A DNA stretch of 64,000 nucleotides from Anaerolineaceae bacterium (GTDB lineage: Bacteria; Chloroflexota; Anaerolineae; Anaerolineales; Anaerolineaceae). This document shows, in pieces, positions 18,222-28,130 of the stretch (the stretch's first letter is position 1; every line of letters starts with the position of its first letter). The notes under the pieces are model-generated. The model worked only from the letters and a program-made list of their open reading frames with translations, was not told the DNA's origin and did not search any database. The translations under genes and the position numbers were made by a program. The stretch is taken from positions 442 through 64,441 of the forward strand of contig DATKLX010000229.1 of NCBI GenBank assembly GCA_035542155.1. The letters run 5' to 3'.

Positions 18222-19330
18222 TACAATGCTGATGCCGGCATGAGGAAGAAAGCGATGCTGAGGATCAAATAAACTCCCAGCAATGCAGCTCCTTCGAGCC
18301 AGTTCGATTCGCCGTCCGAGGCAACCAGGGCGGCGATCAACACAGCCGCAACGAGGGCCAACAACTCGAACAGGTTGAAGATCAGGGTCAAAGGGTTCCC
18401 AATCATCAGGCTGATAAAAACCAGCAGCGGGGCAACAAAGAGAGCAATCTGCAGGCTGGAAGACATTGCGATTTCGACGCTGAGCTCCATCTGGTTACGC
18501 ATGGCAACCCGGACGGCGACCAAATGCTCAGCCACGTTACCGATGATGGGGATGAGAATGATCCCGAGGAAGAATTCGGAAAGGCCCAACTGCCTGACCA
18601 CCGGTTCGACGGCGCCGACGAGGAGTTCGCTAAGCACCACCACCCCAACTGTCGCCAAAGCCAGAAAGATGACCGCAGTACGGATCGACCAGTGGGCAAC
18701 GGGAGCCGATTGAGCTCCTTTCTGCTCAGCCGGTTCGGAATAGGTGATTGGGCTTTTCTGGTCGCGGAGGCTATAAACAATCCCCAGTATGTAGAGGATA
18801 ATCATGACAGCCGCCACACCGAGGCTTAAGGCTTCGACTTTTGAGCTGCCTTCCGGACCGATCGAGTGGCTGAAGAGGGAAGGGATCACCAGGGCTACGA
18901 CAGAAAGGGTCAGCAACACTGCCTGCTGGCCCACATGTTTTCGGTCGAAACGTTGGACGCCGTGCCTTGCGCCGCCGAGCAGCATTGAAAAACCCATTAC
19001 GAAAAGAAGGTTGCCGAGGATCGAGCCCGTTATGGAAGCTTTCACCAGTTCCAGAAGCCCGGCACGGATGGCGACCAGGGTGATGATCAACTCGGCGGCA
19101 TTGCCGAGGGTGGCGTTCAGTAATCCACCGATCTTGGGACCGGTATGGACGGCGATCGCCTCGGTCGCCTCCCCGATCCAGCCGGAGAGGGGGATAACGC
19201 CCACAGCGGACAGAATAAAGACCCATACATCCCCCCAATTCCCCCATCGCGCCAGAAGAGCCAATGGAAAAGCCAGGATGAGCCAGTTCAGCGGATTCTT
19301 AGCGAAAAAGGCAGCCAGAGTTTTGACCAT
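18221..19330 (-). CDS. calcium/proton (CAX family) exchanger
   Basis: It is a polytopic membrane protein with the two CaCA alpha-repeat motifs GNAAELIITLVA and GNVAEHLVAV. The start is either 19330 or 19354. Confidence 0.85.
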   Translation of the reverse strand: MVKTLAAFFAKNPLNWLILAFPLALLARWGNWGDVWVFILSAVGVIPLSGWIGEATEAIAVHTGPKIGGLLNATLGNAAELIITLVAIRAGLLELVKASITGSILGNLLFVMGFSMLLGGARHGVQRFDRKHVGQQAVLLTLSVVALVIPSLFSHSIGPEGSSKVEALSLGVAAVMIILYILGIVYSLRDQKSPITYSEPAEQKGAQSAPVAHWSIRTAVIFLALATVGVVVLSELLVGAVEPVVRQLGLSEFFLGIILIPIIGNVAEHLVAVRVAMRNQMELSVEIAMSSSLQIALFVAPLLVFISLMIGNPLTLIFNLFELLALVAAVLIAALVASDGESNWLEGAALLGVYLILSIAFFLMPASAL

Positions 19331-19393
19331 AGGCCTGAACCAATTATAACCCAAAGAACCTATGATATAATCTCGAAGGGATATAGAGAAGGA

Positions 19394-20425
19394 ATGCGTG
19401 AAACGCCGTTGTTAAATAATCGCTATGAACTCCAACAAACCCTGGGTTCCGGGGGGATGGCTGTTGTATACCGGGCCAGGGATCAGATGCTGGAGCGCCC
19501 GGTGGCGATCAAAATCCTGCGTGAAGATTATTCCAGCGACGGCGCATTTCGAGAGCGTTTTCACCAGGAAGCCAAAGCTGCTGCTAACCTCTCCCATCCA
19601 AACATCGTCACCGTCCATGATTTTGGGCTGGATAATAACCGCCTGTTTCTGGTCCTTGAGTACGTTCCCGGGACCGACCTGAAAACGTTGATCAAAAAGC
19701 GAGGCCGGTTTTCGATCGAGGAAGCCCTGAACATTATGATCCAGGCCTGCGCAGGAGTTGGCTATGCGCATCGAGCCGGCCTCGTCCACTGCGACATTAA
19801 ACCCCATAATATCCTTGTCACTCCGGACCAGAGAGTTAAGGTCACCGATTTCGGCATCGCCCGCGCTCTGGCGACCATCCAACCCGATGAGCAGAACGAC
19901 ATTGTTTGGGGCTCACCCCAGTACTTCTCCCCCGAACAGGCCGCCGGCCAGGCCCCCTCGCCCGCCTCGGACGTGTATTCGTTGGGTGTCATCCTCTACG
20001 AGCTACTGACCGGCCAGCTCCCCTTTCATGCCGACACTTCGACCGAACTGGCTCGCATGCACCGCGAGATGGTGCCGCCGCCGCCCAGACAGCTCAACCC
20101 CTCTATCTCGCCAGCGCTCGAACAGATCATTGTGAAAGTCCTTTCCAAAGAACCTTCAGCCCGCTACCGGACCGCGGACCAGTTCGGCAGGGTGCTAATC
20201 AACCTCCTCCCCCAGGAAAACGGCGCTCAATCCAGCGCGGTCACCCAGGCCGCACAGTCCCAGTCATCAGCACCGGAATCTACCTCGCAGCCGGTCAAAG
20301 AAGATCACAGTCTGGATTTTGATTGGGTAACGCTCGCCTTAGGCCTGCTCGCAACGATCGCAGTGGGAGGGCTAATTCCCTACTGGCTTTTCGTCTGGTT
20401 TTCCATCAATCCCATGCCCAGGTGA
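19394..20425 (+). CDS. Hanks-type Ser/Thr protein kinase with C-terminal TM helix (PrkC-position)
   Basis: I prefer the start at ATG 19394 (MRETPLLNNRYEL). Kinase motifs are GSGGMAVVYRA, VAIKIL, HCDIKPHNILV, DFGIA and SPEQ. It ends with a single TM helix. Confidence 0.85.
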   Translation: MRETPLLNNRYELQQTLGSGGMAVVYRARDQMLERPVAIKILREDYSSDGAFRERFHQEAKAAANLSHPNIVTVHDFGLDNNRLFLVLEYVPGTDLKTLIKKRGRFSIEEALNIMIQACAGVGYAHRAGLVHCDIKPHNILVTPDQRVKVTDFGIARALATIQPDEQNDIVWGSPQYFSPEQAAGQAPSPASDVYSLGVILYELLTGQLPFHADTSTELARMHREMVPPPPRQLNPSISPALEQIIVKVLSKEPSARYRTADQFGRVLINLLPQENGAQSSAVTQAAQSQSSAPESTSQPVKEDHSLDFDWVTLALGLLATIAVGGLIPYWLFVWFSINPMPR

Positions 20426-20439
20426 GTCAGAATCATCAC

Positions 20440-21102
20440 ATGCCCACCATTTCCGCATCCATTTTATCAGCAGATTTCAGCCGCCTTGGAGAGCAGATCC
20501 GGGAGGCTGAGGTGGGTGGGATCGATTGGATTCACGTGGACGTGATGGACGGGCATTTCGTCCCCAACATCACCATGGGGCCCTTTATCGTCGATACCGT
20601 CCGGCAGATCACCCGGCTGCCGATCGAAACCCACCTGATGATTTCGAACCCAGATGCTTTTCTGGAATCCTTCGCCGAAGCCGGCGCCACCCACCTGACC
20701 GTGCACCTGGAAAGCAATCCGAATATCTACCGGACCCTGCAAAAGATCCGCTCACTGGGATGCGACGCGGGGATTGTCCTCAATCCAGGCACACCGGCGA
20801 ACCTGCTCACCGAGGTGCTGCCGATCGTCGATCTGGTGCTGGTAATGACGGTAAATCCCGGTTACTCCGGGCAAGAATTTATCCCTGCCACCGTCGCGAA
20901 GGTGCGCGAGGTGCGCAGGATGCTGGATGAAATCCATTCGCCAGCCTGGCTGCAGGTGGATGGCGGGATCAATTCAGAAACGCTGCCGGAAATCTTGCAC
21001 GCAGGGGCAACCTCGTTAGTAGCTGCCACCGCTATATTTCGCCACCCTCAGGGAATCCTGGCCGGAATCCGCTCTTTGCAGCAGCAGTTCTCGACTGTTT
21101 AA
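20440..21102 (+). CDS. rpe: ribulose-phosphate 3-epimerase
   Basis: The sequence MPTISASILSADF ... HVDVMDGHFVPN ... MTVNPGYSGQ matches the family. I prefer ATG 20440. Confidence 0.9.
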   Translation: MPTISASILSADFSRLGEQIREAEVGGIDWIHVDVMDGHFVPNITMGPFIVDTVRQITRLPIETHLMISNPDAFLESFAEAGATHLTVHLESNPNIYRTLQKIRSLGCDAGIVLNPGTPANLLTEVLPIVDLVLVMTVNPGYSGQEFIPATVAKVREVRRMLDEIHSPAWLQVDGGINSETLPEILHAGATSLVAATAIFRHPQGILAGIRSLQQQFSTV

Positions 21103-21129
21103 ACAAAAATCACGGCTGAAGCCGCGATT
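21099..21129 (-). terminator. intrinsic terminator downstream of rpmB
   Basis: On the minus strand an imperfect hairpin AATCGCGGC-TTCA-GCCGTGATT is followed by TTTTTGTTT. Confidence 0.55.
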
Positions 21130-21151
21130 CTTGCAGGAGAATTTCGAGCTA

Positions 21152-21334
21152 CTAAGCGCTCTTTACCATCGTCCGAATACATTTGGCGCACATGACCTTG
21201 CGAACTTTGCGACCGTTCTCAACCACCGTGATCTTCTGTAAGTTCGGGCGGAAGGTTCGATTGGTGGCCCGCAAGGAGAAACTGCGATTGTGACCAAAAG
21301 TCGTTGTCTTACCACATACTGCACACTTTGCCAT
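21152..21334 (-). CDS. rpmB: 50S ribosomal protein L28
   Basis: The 60-aa product reads MAKCAVCGKTTTFGHNRSFSLRATNRTFRPNLQK... Confidence 0.92.
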   Translation of the reverse strand: MAKCAVCGKTTTFGHNRSFSLRATNRTFRPNLQKITVVENGRKVRKVMCAKCIRTMVKSA

Positions 21335-21464
21335 GAGAAAATCCTTCCTTCATAATGATTCCCGTCGCTGCTGATCCAGCGAAAATCACTTCGCAACGGT
21401 AGATTTTACCATGACTCGCAACCATTTTCAAGCTTCATTGTTAAATACAAGACAGAGGACCAAT

Positions 21465-21827
21465 ATGACCGTGAATGACGACACCAACCCCCTGGGAACC
21501 ATCCTGATTTCCTACCGCGCCATCGCTACGATCGCGTATCAGGCTGCGTTGCAATCCTATGGAGTTGTCGGTTTTGCTCCCAAGAACCTGGCGGAAGGTC
21601 TGGCTCAGGTTCTGGTGAAAGACCCCACGCGCGGCGTCGATATTCAGTATGATGACGACCGGTTGGTCATCAATCTCTTCATCATCGTTGAGTATGGGAC
21701 CCGGATCAAATCCGTAGCAGCCAGCGTGACGGATAACGTCCGATACCAGGTCGAAAAGACGATTGGCCTCCCGGTATATGAAATCAATATCCACGTTCGC
21801 GGTCTGCGGGTCAGCAATCTTGATTGA
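21465..21827 (+). CDS. Asp23/Gls24 family envelope stress protein (YloU-position)
   Basis: It has the ISYRAIATIAYQAALQSYGVVG block. It is divergent from rpmB and upstream of a DAK2 gene, as in Firmicutes yloU-yloV. Confidence 0.8.
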   Translation: MTVNDDTNPLGTILISYRAIATIAYQAALQSYGVVGFAPKNLAEGLAQVLVKDPTRGVDIQYDDDRLVINLFIIVEYGTRIKSVAASVTDNVRYQVEKTIGLPVYEINIHVRGLRVSNLD

Positions 21828-21876
21828 AACGCCAGCTCACACCCTACATCACAGAAATGATCGGTAGAGGAGCCTT

Positions 21877-23562
21877 ATGAGTGTCGAACAGCAACCCATA
21901 TCCAAAACGGGGGCAACCAAGATCAATCAAAACAACCCGATCGACGGGCAGGACCTGAAAGAGCTGATCGAGGCCGGCATGACATGGTTGAAAACCAACC
22001 AGCAGACGGTCAACGCCTTAAACGTTTTCCCCGTCCCGGATGGGGATACGGGCACGAATATGGTCCTGACCATGCAAGCGGCTTATAATGAGGTCGCCAA
22101 TTCAGGCGAGCATAACATGGGGAAAATGTCCCATGCGGTCGCCCAGGGCGCGTTGATGGGAGCGCGCGGGAATTCTGGCGTGATCCTGTCACAGTTGTTG
22201 CGAGGCTTTGCCCGGGGACTGGACAACCTGGATACGATGAACTCGACCAGCCTGGTCAGTGCGCTCGTGGAAGGGCGAAAAACCGCGTATAAGGGAGTCG
22301 TCCGCCCGGTCGAAGGAACTATTTTGACTGTGGCCAAAGACGTTGCCGCCGCCGGGGAAGCTGCCCTGGCCCAAACGAACTCCATGGTGGAGATTCTCGA
22401 AAAAGTCGTTGAGGCTGCTGACCAATCGGTGAGGCGCACACCCGAGCTTCTCCCTGTATTGAAATCCGCAGGAGTAGTCGATGCCGGCGGGAAAGGATTG
22501 TTTTATATCTTGGAAGGAATTCTTCGCTACGTCAAAGATCAATCGCTGGAAACCCCCCTGGTCGCCGTCCAGCCTCTGGCTGCTCTGGATATGACCAATT
22601 CACTGGAAGAGCTAGAGCCAGGCCAGGATTATGAGGTTGTGGTCGACTTTACTCCGAATGCGCCGCTGGATCTGGACAGTTTTTACAACGACCTGACCCA
22701 AATCGGCACCTCCATCCAGGTCGGCGAAGGCGAAGGAATCTACCGGATGCACATCCACGTCCCAAAAGAGAAGCGGGATGACCCGATCAAATACACCGAG
22801 AGTCTGGGGATCGTCAAAAAAGTCAGCATGGAAAACCTGGTTGCCCAAATGGGAGATCTCCAGGGGAGCAGAGCGGCGCACCTGAACCTCACTCCAGTGG
22901 AGCCCGGGCAAATCGCAGCCGTGGTGGTATCTCCTGGACTGGGCATCTCTCGGATTTTCGCCAGCCTGGGCGCAGCCGCGATCATTCCGGGCGGCCAGAC
23001 GATGAATCCTAGTACAGAGGATATTCTTAAAGCACTCGAAAATCTGCCAACCGATAAGATCCTGATCCTGCCCAATAACAAGAACATCATTCTGACTGCC
23101 CGGACCGCCGCCAGCCTGACCGTTAAGAAAGTGGCTGTGATTCCCAGCGCCAGTGTGCCACAGGGCCTTTCTGCCATGCTCCGCTTGGCGCCAGATGGGG
23201 AGTTGGATGAGGTCGCGCAAGAAATGACCGGTGCTCTGAATGACGTTGAAACCGGTGAGATCACCACAGCCACCCGCTCCGTGGAGCTCAATGGGGTCAC
23301 CGTTCAGAAAGGGCAGGTAATCGCTTTACTCAACGGAAAACTGGTCTATTCGGCGTCCAGCCTGGAAGAAGCCTGCCTGGGCCTGCTGGCCCGGGCCGAG
23401 ACCGATGGTCGCGAGCGGATCACCCTCTTCTACGGAGATAACATCGACAAGCACGAGGTGAACCGGGTGGCAGATAAAATTCGGGCTGCCTATCCGCTCC
23501 AGGAGCTGGAAGTTCACGAAGGTGATCAGCCTCATTACCAGTTCATCATATCAATCGAATAA
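21877..23562 (+). CDS. DAK2 domain fusion protein (YloV family)
   Basis: The DhaL-type motif PDGDTGTNM is present. The size (561 aa) is typical of YloV. Confidence 0.85.
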   Translation: MSVEQQPISKTGATKINQNNPIDGQDLKELIEAGMTWLKTNQQTVNALNVFPVPDGDTGTNMVLTMQAAYNEVANSGEHNMGKMSHAVAQGALMGARGNSGVILSQLLRGFARGLDNLDTMNSTSLVSALVEGRKTAYKGVVRPVEGTILTVAKDVAAAGEAALAQTNSMVEILEKVVEAADQSVRRTPELLPVLKSAGVVDAGGKGLFYILEGILRYVKDQSLETPLVAVQPLAALDMTNSLEELEPGQDYEVVVDFTPNAPLDLDSFYNDLTQIGTSIQVGEGEGIYRMHIHVPKEKRDDPIKYTESLGIVKKVSMENLVAQMGDLQGSRAAHLNLTPVEPGQIAAVVVSPGLGISRIFASLGAAAIIPGGQTMNPSTEDILKALENLPTDKILILPNNKNIILTARTAASLTVKKVAVIPSASVPQGLSAMLRLAPDGELDEVAQEMTGALNDVETGEITTATRSVELNGVTVQKGQVIALLNGKLVYSASSLEEACLGLLARAETDGRERITLFYGDNIDKHEVNRVADKIRAAYPLQELEVHEGDQPHYQFIISIE

Positions 23563-23565
23563 ATC

Positions 23566-24423
23566 ATGAGTTCTGTTTGCATCCTCACGGATAACACCGC
23601 ACAATTTACCAAGGGCCTATTTCCAGGCAGAGATTTGGTGACCTGCATCAATCTGCAAATCCTGGGAGATCTGGCTCCGGAGGAGAGCCAGGAGCAGATG
23701 GCAAAAAGCCTGCCGCCTTCTGTGCGCAATGGAACTGCGCCAAAACTGGCCATCCCCACGGCGGAAGACTACCGCCAGATGTTCCTCAGATTGGGCCAGG
23801 ACTACAACGAGGTTGTAGCGATTTGCCATTCCTCCTATCTCAGCCGGGCTTATGAAAATGTACTCGAAGCTGCCGAATCGGTGCGCGGTAGAGTCTCCGT
23901 CCAGCCGATCGATTCGCAAACCACGTCCGTGGGGTTAGGTTTCCTGGTCCAGGCGGCCGCTGAAGCCGCCGCCAACGATTCACCCTCCACAGAAATCGAG
24001 CGGCTGTTGCGGGGATTGATCCCGCATATTTATTCCATTTTCTGCATCCCCAGCCTGACCTATCTGCACCAGGCTGGTTTTTTAGGCCAGGCGCAGGCTC
24101 TGGTTGGAGAAATGCTAGGACTGCTCCCCCTCTTCTCTCTCGAGGATGGGCACCTCACCCCACTCGAAAAGGTACGCAACTCGCGCCAGTTGCTGGATTT
24201 CCTCCAGGAATTTCTGGACGAGTTCAGCGACCTGTATCAGATCGCGGTGATTCAAAGCATTCCGCCGATGACCCACGAAGCGAAGACCCTGAAAGAACAC
24301 GCCGCGACAAATTTCCCGAAAACGCCTTTCACAGAGGTAACAATCAGCCTGCCCCTGGCTACCTTGTTTGGCCCACGCAGCATGGGTGTTTTCGCGATCG
24401 AGATCCCGGATTCAAGAGAATAA
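23566..24423 (+). CDS. DegV family (fatty-acid binding) protein
   Basis: Length, position after yloV and general DegV-like sequence support the call (ILTDNTAQF ..., IDSQTTSVGLGFLV). Confidence 0.7.
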   Translation: MSSVCILTDNTAQFTKGLFPGRDLVTCINLQILGDLAPEESQEQMAKSLPPSVRNGTAPKLAIPTAEDYRQMFLRLGQDYNEVVAICHSSYLSRAYENVLEAAESVRGRVSVQPIDSQTTSVGLGFLVQAAAEAAANDSPSTEIERLLRGLIPHIYSIFCIPSLTYLHQAGFLGQAQALVGEMLGLLPLFSLEDGHLTPLEKVRNSRQLLDFLQEFLDEFSDLYQIAVIQSIPPMTHEAKTLKEHAATNFPKTPFTEVTISLPLATLFGPRSMGVFAIEIPDSRE

Positions 24424-24444
24424 TGGAAATGGTACAATTAGCGC

Positions 24445-27009
24445 ATGCAGCCATCTCTTGAGAAACTTCACAAATTTTTTCGTCTGGAAACCGAGAGAGG
24501 ATTCGACAATCGCGCAGTGGTTGGCGGCTTAAATAAAATCCTCCCGGCCTGGGAAACCGAAGCCAGGATAGACCACCTCGCTGAGGAAATCGTCAGAGCG
24601 GTGATTCACTGCCTGGATGAATATCCCGGCCTCGAACCCAAGGCTCGCTCCGAGTCACTGAAGAATCTATGGCGGCAGATCCAGGAAAACCATCAGGAGG
24701 GTCATGTTGCAGACCTGCCCCGCCCACACAGGCAGCCACTCCACGAGCACAACCCATACAAACCTGGGGAAACCAGACAGGGGAAGCCGAACCATCCTAT
24801 CCAACCCCCATCCCAGGGTCAGGCTGCATCTCAGGAGCGGACCCAGGCGCTGATGCAGGGTCCCACGCCACCGCGATCCTTACGCAGGGCCATCGATACT
24901 GGCGGTGACCCCACCGCCGCTGCCAAATTAGGCTTGAGCGCTCCCCTGACCGTTCTGCCCGGGATCGGTCCAAAGCATGCCGAGACACTCAGCCGCCTGG
25001 GATTGAAGACCCTGGGAGATATGCTCTATTATTTCCCCCGCCGGTACGATGACTACAGCCAGCTCAAGACGATCGACCGGCTGTGGTACGGTGAGGACGT
25101 CACCGTGATCGGAACCGTGCAGAGCGTCAACCAGAGGCCGTTCCGCGGCGGGCATATCCAGATCACCGAAGTGATCATCGGCGATGGGACCGGTTTTTTA
25201 AGAGCTACCTGGTTCAACCAGCCCTGGATCGCAACCAGAATGTCAATCGGGCTGCCGGTCTCCCTTTCTGGCAAAGTGGGCCAGTACCTGGGCCGATTGA
25301 TGATCAACAACCCAGACTGGGAACCGCTCGACCGCGAGCTGATCAATACCAACCGGATCGTTCCCATCTACCCGCTCAGCGGGCGTATCACCCAGCGCTG
25401 GCTGCGCACCCTGATGAACCATACCGTGAATTACTGGGCGCCGCGCATCCCAGATTATTTACCCAACTCGATCCGCCAATCGGCGCAGCTAGTCGACCTA
25501 TCGGCAGCGCTGCTGGAAATTCACTTTCCGAACAACGCCAGGCAACTCCAGGAGGCGCGCGAACGGCTGGCTTTCGACGAGATTTTCTTGCTGCAATTAG
25601 GTGTGATCCGCCAGAAACAGGCCTGGCAGCAGGTCAGCGGGCGGATCTTTGAAACCTCCGATGACTGGCTGGGCGGGCAGACCAGCCGGCTTCCATACCT
25701 GCTCACCGAAGCTCAGCACAGGGCGATCGCCGAAATCCGGGCCGATCTGGCCTCAGGCAGACCCATGAACCGCCTGCTGCAGGGCGACGTTGGCTCAGGA
25801 AAGACGGTCGTCGGGGCGATCGGGATCGGGATGGTGGTCCAGCATGGGGCGCAGGCCGCGGTCATGGCGCCAACCAGCATCCTGGCGGAGCAGCATTTCC
25901 ACACCCTGACCCGCCTGCTCTGCCCGGGTGGAGAGAATTCCGAAGGTGCGGTCCTCCAACCGGAAGAGGTTCGCCTGTTGATCGGAGACACACCAGAAAC
26001 CGAAAAACGCGAGATCCGCGAGGGGCTCAGCGAGGGGCGGATCAAGCTGGTGATCGGCACTCATTCGTTGATCGAAGCGCCGATTGTATTTCAGGATTTG
26101 CAGTTTATCATAGTGGACGAGCAACACCGTTTTGGGGTTGAACAACGGGCGATCTTGCGGTCAAAGGGAACGAATCCGCACCTGCTGGTGATGACTGCTA
26201 CCCCGATACCGCGATCGCTGGCGCTGACGGTGTATGGCGACCTGGACCTTACGGTGATGGATGAAATGCCCGCCGGTCGGCAAGAAATTGAGACCCACGT
26301 CGTGCTGCCTGTGGAGCGGGAGCGGGCCTATAGCCTGATCCGTTCGCAGGTGAACCAGGGCTACCAGGCGTTTATCATCTATCCTCTGGTAGAACAGGGC
26401 GAACGCGACGAGGTGAAGGCCGCGGTAGAGGAATACGAGATCCTGCAGAAGGAGATCTTCCCCCACCTCAAACTGGGACTGCTCCACGGAAGGATGAGGC
26501 CAGAGGAAAAAGACGAGGTGATGGCCCACTTTCGGGATGGGGAGTATTCCATCCTGGTATCCACCTCGGTGGTAGAGGTGGGGGTTGACATCCCTAACGC
26601 GACGGTGATGCTCATCGAGGGCGCGAACCGGTTTGGTTTGGCCCAGCTTCACCAGTTCCGCGGCCGGGTCGGGCGCGGCGATGCGAAATCATACTGCCTG
26701 CTCATCCCCGAATCGGAAAATGCCGGAGAGAATGAACGCTTGCAGGCAATGGTCATGACGAACGACGGGTTTGTGCTCGCGGAAAAAGATCTGGAGCAAC
26801 GTGGCCCAGGTGAGTTCCTGGGAACTCGCCAGTCGGGATATTCTGAGCTGCGCCTCGCTAACCTCACCAACGTGCGCCTGATTGAAAAAGCCCGCAACCT
26901 GGCCCAGGAGTTTTATCAACTGGATCCCACGATGACCAGACCGGAGCATGGCTCATTAGAACAAACTCTTCGCCGTTTCTGGGGTGAAGGAAAAGGAGAC
27001 ATCAGTTAA
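24445..27009 (+). CDS. recG: ATP-dependent DNA helicase RecG (with about 180-aa N-terminal extension)
   Basis: It has Walker A GDVGSGKT, the DEQH box IVDEQHRFG and QLHQFRGRVGRG, plus a wedge-domain region. Confidence 0.9.
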   Translation: MQPSLEKLHKFFRLETERGFDNRAVVGGLNKILPAWETEARIDHLAEEIVRAVIHCLDEYPGLEPKARSESLKNLWRQIQENHQEGHVADLPRPHRQPLHEHNPYKPGETRQGKPNHPIQPPSQGQAASQERTQALMQGPTPPRSLRRAIDTGGDPTAAAKLGLSAPLTVLPGIGPKHAETLSRLGLKTLGDMLYYFPRRYDDYSQLKTIDRLWYGEDVTVIGTVQSVNQRPFRGGHIQITEVIIGDGTGFLRATWFNQPWIATRMSIGLPVSLSGKVGQYLGRLMINNPDWEPLDRELINTNRIVPIYPLSGRITQRWLRTLMNHTVNYWAPRIPDYLPNSIRQSAQLVDLSAALLEIHFPNNARQLQEARERLAFDEIFLLQLGVIRQKQAWQQVSGRIFETSDDWLGGQTSRLPYLLTEAQHRAIAEIRADLASGRPMNRLLQGDVGSGKTVVGAIGIGMVVQHGAQAAVMAPTSILAEQHFHTLTRLLCPGGENSEGAVLQPEEVRLLIGDTPETEKREIREGLSEGRIKLVIGTHSLIEAPIVFQDLQFIIVDEQHRFGVEQRAILRSKGTNPHLLVMTATPIPRSLALTVYGDLDLTVMDEMPAGRQEIETHVVLPVERERAYSLIRSQVNQGYQAFIIYPLVEQGERDEVKAAVEEYEILQKEIFPHLKLGLLHGRMRPEEKDEVMAHFRDGEYSILVSTSVVEVGVDIPNATVMLIEGANRFGLAQLHQFRGRVGRGDAKSYCLLIPESENAGENERLQAMVMTNDGFVLAEKDLEQRGPGEFLGTRQSGYSELRLANLTNVRLIEKARNLAQEFYQLDPTMTRPEHGSLEQTLRRFWGEGKGDIS

Positions 27010-27013
27010 CAGC

Positions 27014-27538
27014 ATGGTGCGCGCAGTGTTCCCTGGTACCTTCGATCCAATCCATTATGGCCACGTCGATATCGCCCGGCGGGCTGCCCGAGTATTCGAT
27101 GAGGTCATCGTGGCCGTCTACGACCGGCCGCTTAAAAACCTGTTATTTTCCCCCGCAGACCGCCTGGCAATGGTCAAAACGACTTTTGAAAATGATGAGA
27201 AAATACGGGTGATGGGGTATGATGGATTAACCGTTTACTTCTGCCGTTCGATCAGCGCCCAGGTCATTGTCCGCGGGTTGAGGGTTTTTTCGGATTTCGA
27301 ACACGAGTTCCGCATGGCCCTGGCAAACCACCGCCTGACCCCGGATATCGAAGTGATGGCGCTGATTACCAGTGAAGAGCACACCTTTTTGTCCTCAACC
27401 ACTGTCCGGGAAATCGCTTCTCTGGGAGGTGATGTCTCCAGCATGGTGCCGCCGCACGTGGCATCGATGCTGAAAGCCCGATTTCGCGAGCTAGGGACTG
27501 AACAGACGGTGGTTCCGATGACCTCTTTGCGCGATTAA
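27014..27538 (+). CDS. coaD: pantetheine-phosphate adenylyltransferase
   Basis: The FPGTFDPIHYGH motif is present. I prefer ATG 27014. Confidence 0.9.
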   Translation: MVRAVFPGTFDPIHYGHVDIARRAARVFDEVIVAVYDRPLKNLLFSPADRLAMVKTTFENDEKIRVMGYDGLTVYFCRSISAQVIVRGLRVFSDFEHEFRMALANHRLTPDIEVMALITSEEHTFLSSTTVREIASLGGDVSSMVPPHVASMLKARFRELGTEQTVVPMTSLRD

Positions 27539-27619
27539 TTTGACGAAAATGGACTTTCAGTCTAAACTCTGGCTTAGATATTGCAACAATCTGGAAGCCA
27601 TCAAGGTACGGAGGATGCA

Positions 27620-28105
27620 ATGGATATTCAACATCTGATCGATCGCCTGGAAGAGTTGTTCAATGAAAGCCGGCCGATTCCATTGACGCACAGCGTGATT
27701 GTCGATGAAGACCGCATGTTGGACCTGATCGACCAGATGCGGGTATCCATTCCGGAAGAAGTGAAAAAAGCCCAACAGCTTCTGGTACAGCGGGACCGGA
27801 TTCTGGCCCAGGCGCAGGAAGAGGCAAATCGCACCCTGGCGTTGGCCCGCGAAAAGAGCGAGCAATTGGTCGATCGCGATGGGATTGTTCAGGCAGCCCA
27901 GGTAAGATCTGAACAGATCATCGCCCAGTCGCGGGCGGAAAGCGAGCAAACCAAACGCGAAGCCGATGAATATGTGCTCGAAACGCTGACCCACCTTGAA
28001 ATGGAAATGGAACGTGACCTGATCCAGGTGCGCAACGGCATCCGCGCCCTGCAAACGGAGAAGACTCATACTTCCACCAGTGCGGTCCCGGCCAACCAGA
28101 CATAG
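27620..28105 (+). CDS. coiled-coil protein of unknown function (ATPase subunit H/b-like heptads)
   Basis: I prefer the start at ATG 27620 (MDIQHLIDRLEEL...). The sequence is rich in E/Q/R/A heptads. I recognise no catalytic motif. Confidence 0.5.
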   Translation: MDIQHLIDRLEELFNESRPIPLTHSVIVDEDRMLDLIDQMRVSIPEEVKKAQQLLVQRDRILAQAQEEANRTLALAREKSEQLVDRDGIVQAAQVRSEQIIAQSRAESEQTKREADEYVLETLTHLEMEMERDLIQVRNGIRALQTEKTHTSTSAVPANQT

Positions 28106-28130
28106 TCCACGCGAAATTTCCCGCTTCAAA

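Noticed and set aside
19145-19393. An upstream extension of the second kinase ORF (start 19145), plus similar 5' extensions of the rpe, ruvC, trmH-like, folC, coaD, asp23 and sortase-like ORFs.
   Set aside because: The extensions overlap neighbouring genes (for example cax and ruvC) and encode Arg/Pro-rich junk. Internal ATG codons give canonical family N-termini, often with a visible RBS.
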